From Antedon mediterranea (taxonomy: Eukaryota; Animalia; Echinodermata): a DNA stretch of 64,000 nucleotides. A program made the position numbers and the translations under genes. The stretch is taken from assembly GCF_964355755.1 (NCBI RefSeq), contig NC_092670.1, forward strand, positions 38,118,388 to 38,182,387, read 5' to 3'. Positions 59,866 through 64,000 of the stretch are shown here, one piece after another; within the stretch, counting starts at the first letter, position 1; each line of letters opens with the position of its first letter. The notes under the pieces were generated by a model. That model saw only the letters and a program-made list of their open reading frames with translations. It searched no databases and had not been told where the DNA came from.

Positions 59866-60001
59866 AGCTCTCTACACTCTCAAACTAGTGTGACGTGCCC
59901 AAATATGGTAGTGATATGCCCAGCCCAAATATGGTAGTGACATGTCCATATATGGGCACATCACATTTTTGTCACATAAAGTTTGATAGTGTAGACAAAT
60001 T
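59866..60001 (+). mobile_element. MITE family A copy
   Basis: AGCTCTCTACACTCTCAAACTAG...AGTTTGATAGTGTAGAC. Confidence 0.85.
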
Positions 60002-60112
60002 TTAAGCATATTGATATTAGTGAACTACAATATCTCTATGGTCTAATGACATTTGTCATTTCAATGTACAGTACTAATATAGAAAGTAGAAGTAAATTCT
60101 AAAAACATTTAC

Positions 60113-60281
60113 CTTAAAATGCTCAATTTCTTTTAACTCTTTCTGAGATGGGTGCTGTGCTGGTGGGCCTGTTGACAACTTGTGATATAGTTCCAGATAT
60201 GTTCTCTGCTGTGACCGAGATAAAAAAGACTTCCTGGGATACGGGCATCCTACTTTTGGACTTTCCAGATCTGGGTTCAAA
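60113..60281 (-). CDS. ICE2: ICE2/NARG2 exon
   Basis: PYPRKSFLSRSQQRTYLEL, conserved ICE2 N-terminal block; donor gtaaat. Confidence 0.87.
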
Positions 60282-60379
60282 CTTAAGTCAGATAAATCAA
60301 ATTTGATTAGATATTAACGGTAACTTTAGAAAACAAAATAATATATGGATTATATTTATGTTGTCATAGGTAAATAATG

Positions 60380-60541
60380 CAGGCCTTGTCTTTTGAAAAT
60401 CATAGGTGTGCTACAAATTGAACTCCTCAATACATTCAGGGGTGCTGTAGGTGTGCTTTTTGTATTTTGGTGTGTAGTAGTTTCCAAATTAAGGCGCGTT
60501 GTAAATCGCACTCCTCAAAGGCAGTTAAAAGACAAGGCCTG
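60380..60541 (-). mobile_element. MITE family D, inverted copy
   Basis: Reverse complement of 58955-59157 with a ~40-bp deletion; 6-bp TSD ATAATG on both sides. Confidence 0.85.
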
Positions 60542-60643
60542 ATAATGGGACCATTTCTGGGGTCACACGGTACCATACTCCATCCATAAAAAAAAAAAAG
60601 AGTTTCGTGGTTGATTGGCTCCATATTTTTTGGTGGTTTTTAC

Positions 60644-60775
60644 CTTTTTAGAAAATCTTCATTTGATTTGTCATTTGTATCACTGTACCATTCTTTCATA
60701 ACTCTCTCCAAAGATGGTTTTATGGTGAGTCTTTTGTAGCTTTCTTCTGTAAAGAATGACTTCGGCTCTTGAAAA
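60644..60775 (-). CDS. ICE2: ICE2/NARG2 exon near the N-terminus
   Basis: KSFFTEESYKRLTIKPSLE resembles the ICE2 N-terminal FF...Y....PSL motif; ttcag acceptor and gtaaaa donor. Confidence 0.8.
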
Positions 60776-61189
60776 CTGAACAAATAAATATAAATTAAAA
60801 CTGCTCTGTGACTGTTTATATAAAGGATGTAGTTTCATGTGCTACGGTGAACTCGTTCAAAGCTAAAATTAACGTTACATGGTCCAACCACCCGCTGAAG
60901 TTTTCACCTTATATTGAATATGATTTTATCGTTAAGAGGGGCTTTTAAGCACGGAGTGCTTTGCCTCGATCCCGTAAAAGAAAGTGTACGGGAAACAAGT
61001 AAACAAGTAGAGTTATTTATTTATTTTTACTTATTTTTTATCATATATTTTTGTTGTTCTGTTTTTATTTTTGTAAGTTATATATATTGTACATACAGTT
61101 TACGTATTATGTATTTTCATACAGATCAAATGAATTAATTAGTTTACATTTTGTTCTGATGTTATGTGTTAGTATTTAGAACTTTGTAC

Positions 61190-61272
61190 CTTGATGTTTC
61201 TTTGTATTTTGTCTGTAAAATGGATGCACCATTAACTGATAATAATGTGTGCCACCGATATGAAGGTGATTC
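61190..61272 (-). CDS. Possible upstream ICE2 exon (start codon not located)
   Basis: catag acceptor and gtacaa donor; open frame joins the 60775 exon in phase; no homology recognised. Confidence 0.35.
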
Positions 61273-62249
61273 CTATGAATAAATATATCAGGCCTTAACC
61301 ATTTGTATACCATACATCAACAGCAAATAACCTGCCAAGAAATATAGTTGCCTACTGTACAGATGAATCAAGCACTACCTATGTAGGAACTTCACACACA
61401 TATTTGCGTAAAGTTATGCAAATTGCTGTTGTAAATATAGCGAACGCACAACGAGCGATCTCGCTCTCTCTCTGCGTCAAGTTTTCAACGAGAAGACATC
61501 GACATATTTATGAGCAAACCATTGCGAGTTTTAGTACAAGTTTTACGATAATAATTAGTTGTCCTAATTATTAGCACTATTACAGTACATTTTGATATTT
61601 AGCGTTTTAACTTTACATATTTTACTACGTGTTACTGTATGTTATCGTGTTTCAATTATTGTACCGTTGTATATTATTATTGTCCTGAACTAGCCTAGCC
61701 TAACCTTACACTGCGCACGTACGTACGCGCTTCGTGTGGATATGTGGTTTCTACACTCCGTATAGTTTATTTACTTCGAGCCTAGGATACTTCCAGCTTT
61801 GGACATCGTTTGACTGCTACAATACTCCATTACCGTATTCTAAATAGGGGGCCTAGGGTAGGCCTAAGTAGAGACCGAATTACTTATTCCCTAAACCTAC
61901 TTACTACTACTATAGTAGAGCTAACATGCAAGCATGTAAGGATGATCCAAGCATAGAGGATTTTCCATTAGTCACTACCTAAGTACCGAAATAGTGCAGG
62001 CTATTGCGTAGTGCGAACTGACTAGAAAACAAACAATATACCAAAAAGGTGTCTGATCATTTCGGCCGCCAGTCATTTCGGCCGCCGGTTATGGAACGCC
62101 CAAAATCATGAAACGCCAAAAAAGACAAAATATGTATTGTTCATTTCGGCCGCCAGAATCGTCAATATTGTTAATAACGTATTGTTACTTACTTACTTGT
62201 CAAAAAGGGTGTATACATGTGCCTATCGCCTGAATAGACGTGTGTAAAT

Positions 62250-63944
62250 GGTGTCAGATGAAATCGGTCGCGCTTGAAATCGATCGCGTTTGAAATCGGT
62301 CGCGATAAAATAAACATCCGGTATTTTGTATGGAGCGCCGCTAGATACGCTTTTTATCCTATTAGTTACGTTTGATATCGGTCGCGTTTTATTTTGGTCG
62401 CGCTAATTTGTATATGGCGCATTAGATACATTTTTAATGAAAACGGTCATTAGACATTATGTTTTTAGTTAATTGTGAATATTGGAATTTCTAATAATAC
62501 TGTTTGACATTTTTTTAAACCTCGATCGTTATTTTTTAAGTACAGTAAATATTAATATTTATCTCATTATTTATAAATAATTTGTGTTTCCATTTTATCT
62601 TACAGGTTTTAATGAATTGTAATGTGTTCTTTTAGCATGCCGTTGTTTAAGGTTTTGAAAATAAATAATAATTTAATAGTTAAACAAGTAGTAGACGCGC
62701 CTATTGCGTATTTTTTAATCACAGTTAACTACGAAACTCGTTCTATACCTGCAAGTGGATACCAGCTCAATGAGGTTTATGCAATAAAGGAATTTGATGC
62801 ATGATGATGATTTTTGCATTCGATATCCGCCACTCTGACGACGTGAGCATGGTTTAGGATAATAATAAAATATATAGATAATATTCCGTTATAAATCAAT
62901 CTACCAGCCCTACAGTATGTCTATGATGTACAATGATAGATGTGAGAATAATGTTTGGATAATAAAGGTGGACACGATTTTCAAAGAGGTACTGATATTT
63001 AAACATTTAGATTTACGAACGTCGTATGGATGTTATGTGAGACTACTTACTTAATTATTTACATTAAATGATTATTGTAAATAAAGAAATAACAGATATT
63101 TTTCAAATTAAAATCTATAGTATCGACGTACAGTATACGTAAATTATATACATCGTTTCCCAAAAACACGTGCAGGAGGCCTATAGACGTTTTAAAAGTA
63201 TGGTTATTAGTAATAGACGTCATCTTTACCTGGCCATGAACAACGATCGTACGTGTTTTGTCCATGATTTGACACACTAACAAGTGCGTGCTTTTTAAAA
63301 AGGGGAAACCCCGTCAGCAAAATAACGCATTGTTAGAGGAAACATTAGAAATAAAAGTATACACGTGATTTGTCTCAACAATTATTATTGTACACTTAAT
63401 AATATTATCCTACATAAAGTATGTAAATAAAATAAAAAAATAAAAATTATGTGATCGAATAGTATGTTGTTAACGACATGATATAATCTGCCACAGTATG
63501 CATAAGTATAACAATGGATACGCTGGCTTTACGGGCTATACATTGTAACAATTATTGTTTTTAAATAAATTGTTCTCTTTTACGTAATTGTTTGCATAAT
63601 AAAGGACAGACGTATATTCTCTATATAATATATTAATTACAGTACATATAACTGGAGGTAAATTATTATATGCCTGATATAATATTTACCTAATTTAATA
63701 TTTAAACGTGTTTAGAAATGACTATTTTGGAAAGACATAGTCCATCTCCGATACCTGTGAAATACATTTAAAATTAATAATGATTGATAACCAAATAAAA
63801 AATATCCACATAAATAATCTAGCCCCTAAAAAATATCAATTAAATCTATATAAATGAAGAAAATGTATATCCCGCTAGCATGCATCCCGCTCCATACAAA
63901 ATAGGGCGACCGATTTCAAACGCGACCGATATCATCAAAAAACC
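62250..63944. mobile_element. Non-autonomous DNA transposon, GG...CC termini, 8-bp TSD (Mutator- or Merlin-like; superfamily uncertain)
   Basis: TSD GTGTAAAT (62242-62249 and 63945-63952); subterminal repeats GA(A/T)ATCGGTCGCG inverted at the two ends. Confidence 0.75.
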
Positions 63945-64000
63945 GTGTAAATCATTAGTTTAGTAGTTTTAACTAAAGTATTTCTACACGACTTATTTTA

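Overview
AT-rich animal genomic DNA with GT-AG introns, most likely a marine invertebrate; the taxon cannot be fixed from sequence alone. Four genes can be reconstructed by hand. (1) A 6-exon VAT1-like quinone oxidoreductase (minus, 7538-17536, 374 aa). (2) A 5-exon Rnd/RhoE-type Rho GTPase (plus, 18015-41109, 244 aa, 20-kb intron 2), head-to-head with VAT1 and 478 bp from it. (3) An almost intronless ~1937-aa RRM / DEAH-helicase / KH-RRM / RING-IBR-RING fusion resembling plant DEAH11/12 (minus, 44835-50981). (4) ICE2/NARG2 (minus, 53505 to at least 60775, 5' end unresolved). VAT1 intron 4 holds an intact Ty3/Gypsy element with identical 140-bp LTRs. The non-coding DNA contains many MITEs (Harbinger-, hAT- and Tc1-like), tRNA-derived SINEs, a Helentron-type element, a Penelope-type hammerhead remnant, a perfect 95-bp inverted repeat and a 1.7-kb array of nested palindromes. 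Best leads: the helicase-RBR E3 ligase fusion; the VAT1-Rnd divergent pair, which matches human VAT1-RND2 as I recall it; a roughly 15-fold excess of TACAGTA/TACTGTA (the Tc1/mariner excision footprint) in old intronic DNA; and the palindromic array. All homology calls come from motif recognition, not database searches.
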